DNA from: Saprospiraceae bacterium
GTDB lineage: Bacteria > Bacteroidota > Bacteroidia > Chitinophagales > Saprospiraceae
Assembly (NCBI GenBank): GCA_029263015.1
Contig: JAJCYI010000184.1
Span: forward strand, 1,266 to 65,265
Direction of reading: 5' to 3'
Length of the DNA stretch: 64,000 nt
The position numbers were made by a program, and so were the translations under genes. Positions within the stretch are counted from its first letter, which is position 1, and each line of letters starts with the position of its first letter. The notes beneath the pieces were generated by a model. The model was given only the letters and a program-made list of their open reading frames with translations. It was not told the origin of the DNA and did no database searches. Below are positions 52,337 through 60,614 of the stretch, piece after piece.

Positions 52337-55300
52337 ATGTTTCAACGCACCACTTATATCTTTTCATTTTTGCTGATCCTCCTTATTTCTTTCGGTAAAT
52401 CAAACGCCCAGACCGAGCGCCCGCACCCATCTGCTGCAGACATCGCCGATGCTCCCTGGTGGGCGCAGGAGATGTATGCCGAGCAACCAAATGTGCTCCA
52501 AGTGGACAGTGCCTATATGATGTGGAGAAAGGACCACGCAATCGGTAGGACCTATCATACGCAGTTCTATAAGCACTGGCGAAGAGCGATCGGTAGTCAG
52601 GTTTCTGAGGAGGGTTTTTGGATACCTATTCCGCCAGCACAGGAATTGGATATATTCCGTAACTGGCTGAAAAACAGAAAGGTAGGGGCCGGCCGCAATG
52701 CCCAGTGGGAGAGCTTGGGACCATTCCGCACATTTGCCGAAGGCGATGATACAGAAGTCTCGTGGCAGGTGAATATTTATAGCCTCGATCAATCGGTCTC
52801 CGATCCAAATGTGGTGTATGCCGGAACCGAGAACGGGATTGTTTTTAAAAGTACGGATGGAGCAGATAACTGGACTGCTGTCACGCACGATCTCAATTTG
52901 GGAGGCATCAGAGCAGTGAAAGTTGATCCAACTGATCCAGGTACAGTCTTTTTTGGTGATCGCCACAACGTGTATAAATCAACAGATGGAGGAGGTACGT
53001 GGGAACTCTCGCTCAATCTCACCGATATTCGAGTGAATGATATTTCCATCAACCCTGAAGACCCCGAAATTGTAATGTTGGCTACAGATAAAGGATTGCA
53101 TAGATCGACTGATGGAGGGGCAACTTGGTCGCAGGATTTTACGGAAAAATGCTGGGACATGGAGATCAAAGTTGATGACGCGAATACCGTGTTTTTGCTG
53201 AAAACAAATCCAATTACCAAGCTCTGTGAGTTTTTTAAATCAAACGATAAAGGGGAGACGTGGGTGAAAAAAGACAGCGGTTGGATTGATGCGACGGCCA
53301 ATGGTACTTCTGACAATTCCGACAATGGTGCCCGTCTTGCCGTCACCAATGCTGACCCCGATCGCCTGTATGCTGTGCTGATCGGCCACTACAACGAGGG
53401 CGTGAACGACAACAACTTCCTCGGTGTCTATCGCAGCGACGATGCTGGCGAAAACTGGGCACTGCCAAATGCCAATACCAATGGCGGCCCCGGCGGCCCT
53501 TATGCTGGCAACCATTCCTGTCTGGTAACTTTCTGGTTCAACGATGCACAGCGCTACCCAAATGCTAGTTCGGAATACAATCAGGGTTTTTACAACCTCG
53601 CCCTCGATGCTTCTGATACCGATCCTGATAAATTCCTGGTGGGTTTTCTGAATCTATTTAAATCAGAAAACGGTGGCGCTACCTTCGAGCGCTGGGGCGG
53701 CTATGGCGGAGGATCAGGCTGGCAACATCCTGATATTCAGGATATTGACATAGTTGGTGATGATGTGTGGGTCAGTTCCGATGGAGGGTTGAATAAATAT
53801 GATATTGATTTTAGCAGTCACCAATCCAAAGCTGGTGGTATTGCCGGTTCTGACTTTTGGGGTTTTGATGGCGGTTGGAATGAGGATGTGATGACGGGTG
53901 GCCGTTATCACAATGGAAACACCGCCACCATCTATGGCACTTATGCCGATGGTGAGTTCATCCGGTTGGGTGGGGCAGAGGCCACGACTGGCTATGTACA
54001 CCCTGCTGGCGGTCGGAAAGTGATGCATTCGGACATCAATCCAAAGGTGCTGCCGCTCACGGTGAATGGACCGACTTCAGGTTTTAGTTTTACCACTTAC
54101 CCAAATGAAGGCTATGCGGGCAACAATGAAAATACCTCTGAAATAGAGCCGGATCCACGTTGTTATAATCACCTCTATATCGGCACCGATAACACTTTGC
54201 AGAAGTCTGAGGATGGTGGAATCTCATGGAGCGTGATGGCTTCTTTTGGAGTGGATGCTACTGCTGTCGTTACAGGTATTGAAGTGAGCCGAAGTAATTC
54301 TGATGTTATTTATTTGATTCAAAACAACAGCCCTTCCCGTTTATGGAAATCCACTGATGGCGGTTTGAATTTCACCCAAACCAATTCTCCTCCGAGTGCT
54401 GCCAATGGTGCTTTTATTAGCCTCGACCCCCTAAACGAAGACCATATCTGGCTGGCCTGGAACAGAGGTGGTAACAACGGGAACAAGGTATTCGAAAGCA
54501 ATGACGGTGGCAACTCCTGGATAAATCTCACTTCCACTATTCTCAATGGCCATCATGTAGAACAACTCCTCCATATTGGCGGCACGGATGGTGGAATTTA
54601 CCTCGCTACCAACCTCGGCGTATTTTACCGGAGTGAAAGTGAAAACGACTGGATACCCTGCTCGGAAGGCTTGCCAGCGAGGGCAGCGGTAAATCGTATG
54701 GTGCCATTTTATGCCAAACTAAAAATACGTATCGCCACTTATGGGCGGGGCATTTGGCAGTCTGATTTTTATGAAACGCCGACCGAAACCATCGTGCAGC
54801 CAACAGTGGATAAATTGGTGGCGAACTGCGCACGGGACACTTTCTATTTTGATGATTACAGCATGGTCGATCACAACGGGGCTACTTGGGAATGGTCGTT
54901 CGACCCTGCTCCGCAATACGTTAGTGCAACGGATGTGCGCAATCCAAAAGTAGTTTTTGGAAATGCTGGTGACTATACGGCCAACATGACATTGAATGGC
55001 AATTTTACGAAAAGCCTAATTCTCACGGTCAACTCGGCCTGCGATGCGGAGACTATTCCGGGCAATGCCCTCAGTCTCGATGGAAATGGCCATGCAGCGG
55101 CTTTAAACAACCTCAATTTGAACTCCAATACGTTGACTATGACATGTTGGGTGAAAGCAGATGCAGTGCAGAAAGACAGGGCAGTTATTGTGTTTGCCAG
55201 GGGAGGCTCAACGGTGGCGGGGATTGGTTTCGATACTGGCCTTAAACTCAGCTATCATTGGGATGGCTCGCAGTGGTGGTGGGACTCTGGGACAAGCATT

Positions 55301-56659
55301 CCCGCAGACACCTGGACGCATGTGGCGTTGGTGGTGACCCCTGATGCAGCGACCATTTACATGAACGGCGTTGGCGTGACGAATACCGTTCCTCATGCTG
55401 CCGAAGCTTTCGACACGCCCCTCCTTATTGGCTGGGACCCCAATAGCAACCAACGCCGTTTCACTGGCCTCGTGGATGAGGTGACGGTTTGGGACAAAGC
55501 ACTTTCACAGGACGAGGTGCGGGAGTTGATGCACCTGACCAAGGTGCCGGCAGATCAGCCCAACCTTGTCAGCTATTATCAATTTAATGAAATGGACGGT
55601 CAGGTGATGGATCGCACAGGCGTTCGACATTTATCATTGGCGAATACGGCCAGCCGTACCACTTCCACGGCGCCCCTCGGCGGTGGGGTGAGCCACCGTT
55701 TGACTGTGGATGCTGGTGGTGAATATGTTTTTGGCGAAACGGGTGTAATTGTTATGTTAGATGACAACGATTTGCTCCCTGATGGTGAGGTCGTTATCAG
55801 CCGCATCAATCTTTCGCCCGACCAATTGCCCAACGCTGCGCCTCATAGTCAGGCTTATTGGGCCATCAATAATTATGGCGAAAATTTCCTGTTCGACTTT
55901 CCGATTTCCATTGAATTTGGAGAATATGGAGATATTCCTATTGGTGGCACTGACCCCAGTGATTATCGACTTTATACCCGCAGTGCTTTCGATGATGGCG
56001 ACACCTGGTGGGGGCCTATAGATGAGGGTGATGAATTGGTGGAAGGCGTAGATGGTACAGTCATTTTCTCAGATGGCAATGAGGTTGAAACTTTTGGCCA
56101 GTTTGTCATCATGCAGGAAGATGTAACTCCTGTGGAATGGCAGGACTTTCAAGTTGCCCTGCAGCCTGACAAAACCGTGCGGCTCTACTGGACGGTGCAA
56201 CAGACGCCTGATGTTTCTCATTTTATCATCGAAAAAAGTCCAGATGGTGTTGATTTTCAACCTTTTAAAACAATAAACGCCGTGATGGGCAGCGAGGTGA
56301 AAAGCTATCAATCTATTGATGAAAAACCCTTCCGTGGTTTGAACTTTTACCGCCTCCGGCAAATAGATATGGATGGTAAAATGGTTTATTCTGCCGTGCG
56401 TTCATTGTTGTTTGATGCCTTGCCCAGCGAGTGGAATGTATTTCCAAACCCTATTTCATCAAATGAGACTTTGCAAATCAGAACGGATAACCTTTTCCCA
56501 TACCGTTTCCGGCTGTTTGGTGCAAGTGGAAAATTGATTTTGCAGGATGATGTAAAAGGGGATGCGGTGATTGCATTGCCGGAATTGACCAATGGGGCCT
56601 ATTTGTACGAAGTGGTTTCGGATCGGGGGAGGTCGAAAGGGAAGCTGGTGGTTGAGTAG
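52337..56659 (+). CDS. Large secreted BNR/sortilin-like beta-propeller + LamG (concanavalin-like) protein with T9SS CTD
   Basis: Signal peptide from ATG 52337 (MFQRTTYIFSFLLILLISFGKSNAQ). Multiple S.DGG.TW BNR repeats. LamG-like region LSLDGNGHAA...TMTCWVKAD...IYMNGV. CTD is FPNPISSNETLQIR...GAYLYEVVS. Confidence 0.8.
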   Translation: MFQRTTYIFSFLLILLISFGKSNAQTERPHPSAADIADAPWWAQEMYAEQPNVLQVDSAYMMWRKDHAIGRTYHTQFYKHWRRAIGSQVSEEGFWIPIPPAQELDIFRNWLKNRKVGAGRNAQWESLGPFRTFAEGDDTEVSWQVNIYSLDQSVSDPNVVYAGTENGIVFKSTDGADNWTAVTHDLNLGGIRAVKVDPTDPGTVFFGDRHNVYKSTDGGGTWELSLNLTDIRVNDISINPEDPEIVMLATDKGLHRSTDGGATWSQDFTEKCWDMEIKVDDANTVFLLKTNPITKLCEFFKSNDKGETWVKKDSGWIDATANGTSDNSDNGARLAVTNADPDRLYAVLIGHYNEGVNDNNFLGVYRSDDAGENWALPNANTNGGPGGPYAGNHSCLVTFWFNDAQRYPNASSEYNQGFYNLALDASDTDPDKFLVGFLNLFKSENGGATFERWGGYGGGSGWQHPDIQDIDIVGDDVWVSSDGGLNKYDIDFSSHQSKAGGIAGSDFWGFDGGWNEDVMTGGRYHNGNTATIYGTYADGEFIRLGGAEATTGYVHPAGGRKVMHSDINPKVLPLTVNGPTSGFSFTTYPNEGYAGNNENTSEIEPDPRCYNHLYIGTDNTLQKSEDGGISWSVMASFGVDATAVVTGIEVSRSNSDVIYLIQNNSPSRLWKSTDGGLNFTQTNSPPSAANGAFISLDPLNEDHIWLAWNRGGNNGNKVFESNDGGNSWINLTSTILNGHHVEQLLHIGGTDGGIYLATNLGVFYRSESENDWIPCSEGLPARAAVNRMVPFYAKLKIRIATYGRGIWQSDFYETPTETIVQPTVDKLVANCARDTFYFDDYSMVDHNGATWEWSFDPAPQYVSATDVRNPKVVFGNAGDYTANMTLNGNFTKSLILTVNSACDAETIPGNALSLDGNGHAAALNNLNLNSNTLTMTCWVKADAVQKDRAVIVFARGGSTVAGIGFDTGLKLSYHWDGSQWWWDSGTSIPADTWTHVALVVTPDAATIYMNGVGVTNTVPHAAEAFDTPLLIGWDPNSNQRRFTGLVDEVTVWDKALSQDEVRELMHLTKVPADQPNLVSYYQFNEMDGQVMDRTGVRHLSLANTASRTTSTAPLGGGVSHRLTVDAGGEYVFGETGVIVMLDDNDLLPDGEVVISRINLSPDQLPNAAPHSQAYWAINNYGENFLFDFPISIEFGEYGDIPIGGTDPSDYRLYTRSAFDDGDTWWGPIDEGDELVEGVDGTVIFSDGNEVETFGQFVIMQEDVTPVEWQDFQVALQPDKTVRLYWTVQQTPDVSHFIIEKSPDGVDFQPFKTINAVMGSEVKSYQSIDEKPFRGLNFYRLRQIDMDGKMVYSAVRSLLFDALPSEWNVFPNPISSNETLQIRTDNLFPYRFRLFGASGKLILQDDVKGDAVIALPELTNGAYLYEVVSDRGRSKGKLVVE

Positions 56660-56728
56660 GCCGAGCTCCTATTTAACTATGGCTGAGTTTACCTTTTATC
56701 TACGAATTTTTCATTCTGCTATTATAAG

Positions 56729-56786
56729 ATGGCATTATTTTATATTTTTGCAATTATAAAATTGCATTTTTTTAAAATAATGCCAT
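56729..56786. promoter_or_regulatory. Nested palindrome (outer 14-bp arms ATGGCATTATTTTA/TAAAATAATGCCAT, inner TGCAATT-ATAA-AATTGCA) just upstream of the ATPase gene
   Basis: Both palindromes share the same centre (about 56757.5). The motif ATTATAAAATTGCA recurs at 56787-56800, touching the ATG. Confidence 0.4.
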
Positions 56787-56800
56787 TATAAAATTGCAAA

Positions 56801-57994
56801 ATGGATAAAATATTAAGCCGTGGCCTTCAACGTGCCGCCAATATTGATACCCGATTTGTCCGGGATTTCATGGGACAAATCAATTGGAAGAACCGCTTGA
56901 TAGCCATCAAAGGAGCAAGGGGAGTAGGCAAGACCACACTTTTGCTGCAACATCTGCAACTGAACCGGAAACTGAACCAGGAGGTAGCTTTTGTCAATTT
57001 GGATGATTTGTATTTTTCAGATAACGGCCTACTGGATTTTATCGAAGACTTTGTGCAACGTGGTGGAAAATGGTTGTACTTAGATGAAGTCCACAAATAC
57101 CCCGGCTGGTCTGTTGAAATAAAAAATGCTTACGATTATTTCCCTGATTTGTCCATTGCTTTGACAGGTTCGTCCATTACGGAAATATTGAATGCGAGTG
57201 CCGACCTGAGCCGCAGAGCAGTTGTTTATGACATGCAGGGCTTATCGTTCCGTGAATACTTAAACCTCAGTCTTCAACTCCAATTTAAAAAAATTGAATT
57301 AGGGGATTTACTTGAAAATCATACAGCACTGGCTGCAACGATTGTTAAAGAGGTGAAACCAATTGCCCATTTTTCTGAGTATCTTAAAAAGGGCTATTAT
57401 CCTTATTTTTTGGAAGGCAAAGAAGACTATTGGACTAAAATTAACCAGACGATAAAATTGACCCTCGAAGTTGACTTGGCGAGCTTGAAAGGTTATAATT
57501 TACAGCATGTCCATAAAATCAACAAGTTGTTATATACCGTTGCAACGTCTGTACCTTTCAAGCCCAATATCTCAAAACTCAGCGAACGGATAGGACTAAA
57601 TAGGAACCTCTTGAGCCAGTATTTTCATTACCTCGAGCAAGCAAGGTTGCTCAACCTTCTTTCCACTGACCGCAAGGGCTTACTTTATTTGCAAAAGCCA
57701 GAAAAAGTATATCTTGAAAACACCAACCTCCAATATGCCATAGCCCCTGCCAATGTGGACAAGGGCAATCTCAGAGAGACGTTTTTCTTCAACCAGTTGA
57801 GGCATGTTGCACAGGTTCGGTTCCCCGCTGTGGGAGATTTTATTATCGACAATGAACTACTTTTTGAAGTGGGCGGAAGAAATAAAAAGGCTACGCAAGT
57901 AAAAAATAAATCCAATTACTATCTGGCTGTTGACGACGTAGAAATAGGCATCGGCACACAATTGCCATTATGGCTGTTCGGGTTTCTTTATTGA
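56801..57994 (+). CDS. AAA family ATPase (AAA_14 / DUF4143-type)
   Basis: 397 aa with Walker A GARGVGKTT and Walker B WLYLDEVH. Confidence 0.8.
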   Translation: MDKILSRGLQRAANIDTRFVRDFMGQINWKNRLIAIKGARGVGKTTLLLQHLQLNRKLNQEVAFVNLDDLYFSDNGLLDFIEDFVQRGGKWLYLDEVHKYPGWSVEIKNAYDYFPDLSIALTGSSITEILNASADLSRRAVVYDMQGLSFREYLNLSLQLQFKKIELGDLLENHTALAATIVKEVKPIAHFSEYLKKGYYPYFLEGKEDYWTKINQTIKLTLEVDLASLKGYNLQHVHKINKLLYTVATSVPFKPNISKLSERIGLNRNLLSQYFHYLEQARLLNLLSTDRKGLLYLQKPEKVYLENTNLQYAIAPANVDKGNLRETFFFNQLRHVAQVRFPAVGDFIIDNELLFEVGGRNKKATQVKNKSNYYLAVDDVEIGIGTQLPLWLFGFLY

Positions 57995-58129
57995 TTCAAA
58001 ACAAGCCACTCCAAGCTGGGACGCTATTCCTGCTCGCCAAATAGAATGGTTGGATGGTTTTTCTATCTTTGGAAATTCTTTACCTTAAATAACTGTCGGA
58101 CCACCTAACCATCTGGCCATACACCTCAT

Positions 58130-60337
58130 ATGAAAAAACTTGAACGAAGTCTTACCTTGCCCTATGTTGTTGCTATTGGTGTTGGTGGGATGCTGGGAAG
58201 TGGAATTTTTGTGTTGCCGGGCCTGGCCGCTGCCAAGACAGGGCCTTCCGTTTGGATAGCCTATTTGCTGGCTGCGGTATGCGTATTACCAGCCGCACTT
58301 TCCAAAGCCGAACTGGCCACTTCCATGCCCACTTCTGGTGGGACTTATGTTTATGTGGAGCGTACTTTGGGTCCCATATTCGGTACAATTTCAGGCATTG
58401 GCCTGTGGTTGTCACTGTTGCTGAAGAGTTCTTTTGCACTGGTTGGTTTTGGGGCTTACTTGCTGGTGTTGGCAGCAGTACCATTGAAGGCGACTGCCAT
58501 ATCTTTTCTGGGGCTTATCATGTTATTGAATATTTTTGGTGTAAAAAAAGTGGGCAAATTCCAATTGGTCGTTGTTACCCTCAGCGTCATTGGACTGCTA
58601 CTCCTGTTGGTATTTGGCCTTCCATCTGTTGCTCCTAAAAATTTAAGCCCAGCCTTCCTTTATGGAAATGGTGGCTTGTTTACGGCAACAGCATTTGTAT
58701 TCGTTTCCTATGCTGGAGTGACCAAAGTGGCAGCCATTGCTGAGGAAATAAAAAACCCGAACCGAAACCTACCCTTGGCCATACTTATTGCCTTGGCGCT
58801 TGTTACAGTTATCTATGTTTCAGTGACTTTTGCCCTTGTTGGCAATCTGCCAGTTGCTCAGTTGGGTCAAGACATCCGACCCATTTTTACTTTGTCTGAG
58901 CATTTAGGGGGTAAAATTGCAGGTATTGCCGCAGCCATCTTGGGAGTAATCACGCTTATTTCAATGGCCAATTCAGGAGTTTTGGCAGCGTCCCGTTTTC
59001 CATTTGCCATGAGTAGGGATCGGCTTTTGCCAGAAGGTTTAAAGAAACTCCACCCCAAGTATTTGACGCCTGTAGTTTCGATAGTGCTCACTTGTTTGAT
59101 GATGGCGCTTGTTATCCTGACCTTGGATGTGGAAAAGATTGCCAAACTGGCCAGTGCCTTCATGGTGATGATGTTTGTTTCGGTCAATGTCAGTGTCATT
59201 GTATTGCGTGAAACCGGGGTGCAGTGGTACGATCCGCCTTTCCGTTCCCCTTTTTATCCATACATGCAACTGTTCGGTATTGTCTCAGGCATAGCGCTGC
59301 TTGTATATTTAGGTTTAATGCCCATGCTGGCCATACTCGCTATTTCTGTGATCGGTGCTTTGATATACATTTTTTATGGAAACAAACAATCTTCGCGCAG
59401 CGGTGTGCTGAAACTGTACGGCCACCGGCCAGCACTTTTCCTGTTGTACAAAAGAAAAGAGACAGTGAAGACCAAAGCTGTCAATTGGGAAGATGAAAAA
59501 ATAAAAGCAGCCAACCTGGATGGTGCTTTGGCCGACAACGCTTCTGTCGTAGTACCTTTATTTGGCAAGGAAAGGTCTCCAGAGATGTTGGTTGAAATGG
59601 GTGCGGCACTTTCAGAGAACAGCAAAATTCAGGTCGTTAACATCACTGAAGTGCCAGATCAAATCATGTTAGATGCCCTTTTGGAAGATGATAAAGTAAC
59701 CACTTCATTGAACCGGAGGATCAGGGCCATGGCAGAAGACCGCTCCCTTGATGTTGATTTTGATGCAGCAGTGACGCATGAATTGGTGGAAACGATCCAT
59801 GCCATCAGTGACCAGACTCATTGCCGTTGGCTAGTGATGGGCTGGGATGGACGTGCCGGCGAAGGCATTTTTGTTCGCAATCCAATCGGTTGGCTGGTGA
59901 CGCATGTCAACAGCAATTTTGCGCTGTTCAAAGATAGGGGGATCAGGTACGTCAGGCGCATCCTTGTGGCCCGCCACCCTGATAAAAATGATGCGGAATT
60001 CATTCGTTATGTCGATAGGATTGCCCGCTTCCACGGAGCTGAGGTCACGCTGATGAGCGTTTTGCCCGAAGACATTACAGATAAAGATTTTGAAGAAACA
60101 AAAAACAACTCAGAAGCATTGCTCAAGCATTTTGAATCGTCCGCCGAATTAGTTTTGATAAAAGGAAAAAGCCCTGTGAAACTGGTCAGCGAAGCCTCTG
60201 CGGGATTTGACCTACTTGTTACAGGAAGGCCAAGGGAAGGTAGTTGGCGCAGGATCCTTTTTGGGAACAAAGATCAATTTGTTGAATCGGCGGTGTGTTC
60301 GGTTTTAAGGCTGACGGTGCAAAGGAAAGAGGAGTAG
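58130..60337 (+). CDS. APC family amino acid permease fused to C-terminal tandem universal stress protein (Usp) domains
   Basis: 735 aa. About 12 TM helices (GSGIFVLPG...) are followed by two Usp-like modules (...VVPLFGKE..., ...ILVARHPDKND...LLVTG). Confidence 0.8.
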   Translation: MKKLERSLTLPYVVAIGVGGMLGSGIFVLPGLAAAKTGPSVWIAYLLAAVCVLPAALSKAELATSMPTSGGTYVYVERTLGPIFGTISGIGLWLSLLLKSSFALVGFGAYLLVLAAVPLKATAISFLGLIMLLNIFGVKKVGKFQLVVVTLSVIGLLLLLVFGLPSVAPKNLSPAFLYGNGGLFTATAFVFVSYAGVTKVAAIAEEIKNPNRNLPLAILIALALVTVIYVSVTFALVGNLPVAQLGQDIRPIFTLSEHLGGKIAGIAAAILGVITLISMANSGVLAASRFPFAMSRDRLLPEGLKKLHPKYLTPVVSIVLTCLMMALVILTLDVEKIAKLASAFMVMMFVSVNVSVIVLRETGVQWYDPPFRSPFYPYMQLFGIVSGIALLVYLGLMPMLAILAISVIGALIYIFYGNKQSSRSGVLKLYGHRPALFLLYKRKETVKTKAVNWEDEKIKAANLDGALADNASVVVPLFGKERSPEMLVEMGAALSENSKIQVVNITEVPDQIMLDALLEDDKVTTSLNRRIRAMAEDRSLDVDFDAAVTHELVETIHAISDQTHCRWLVMGWDGRAGEGIFVRNPIGWLVTHVNSNFALFKDRGIRYVRRILVARHPDKNDAEFIRYVDRIARFHGAEVTLMSVLPEDITDKDFEETKNNSEALLKHFESSAELVLIKGKSPVKLVSEASAGFDLLVTGRPREGSWRRILFGNKDQFVESAVCSVLRLTVQRKEE

Positions 60338-60387
60338 GGAATTAGGGAATTGTAAAACATTGAAAAGGAGATTGTTCAAATAAATCC

Positions 60388-60567
60388 GGGGAACAGTGCA
60401 TAAATAAATTGACGTTCTTGGGTGAATTATTTTTTTCTCTAACAAGGCGAAAAACGCAGGCATAGCAGGGCTATGACGAGCCTGCCTGCCGGTAGGCAGG
60501 TATTTTCAACAAAGTTAGAGAGGAAAAGAAGCAGTCAAGAATGATAATTTATTTATGCACTGTTCCC
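60388..60567. repeat. Foldback element FB-A (180 bp)
   Basis: 22-bp perfect terminal arms GGGAACAGTGCATAAATAAATT. Inner arms are imperfect. The asymmetric core is GCAGGCATAGCAGGGCTATGACGAGCCTGCCTGCCGGTAGGCAGG. Confidence 0.85.
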
Positions 60568-60601
60568 GATAGGGTGGGAATTTAATTCCCACCCTATCGG
60601 G
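60565..60601. repeat. Perfect hairpin CCCGATAGGGTGGGAAT-TTA-ATTCCCACCCTATCGGG (REP-like; probable terminator of convergent genes)
   Basis: 17-bp stem with a 3-nt loop, 14 nt from the stop of the 795-aa gene. Confidence 0.85.
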
Positions 60602-60614
60602 AGGCGTTTCATTC

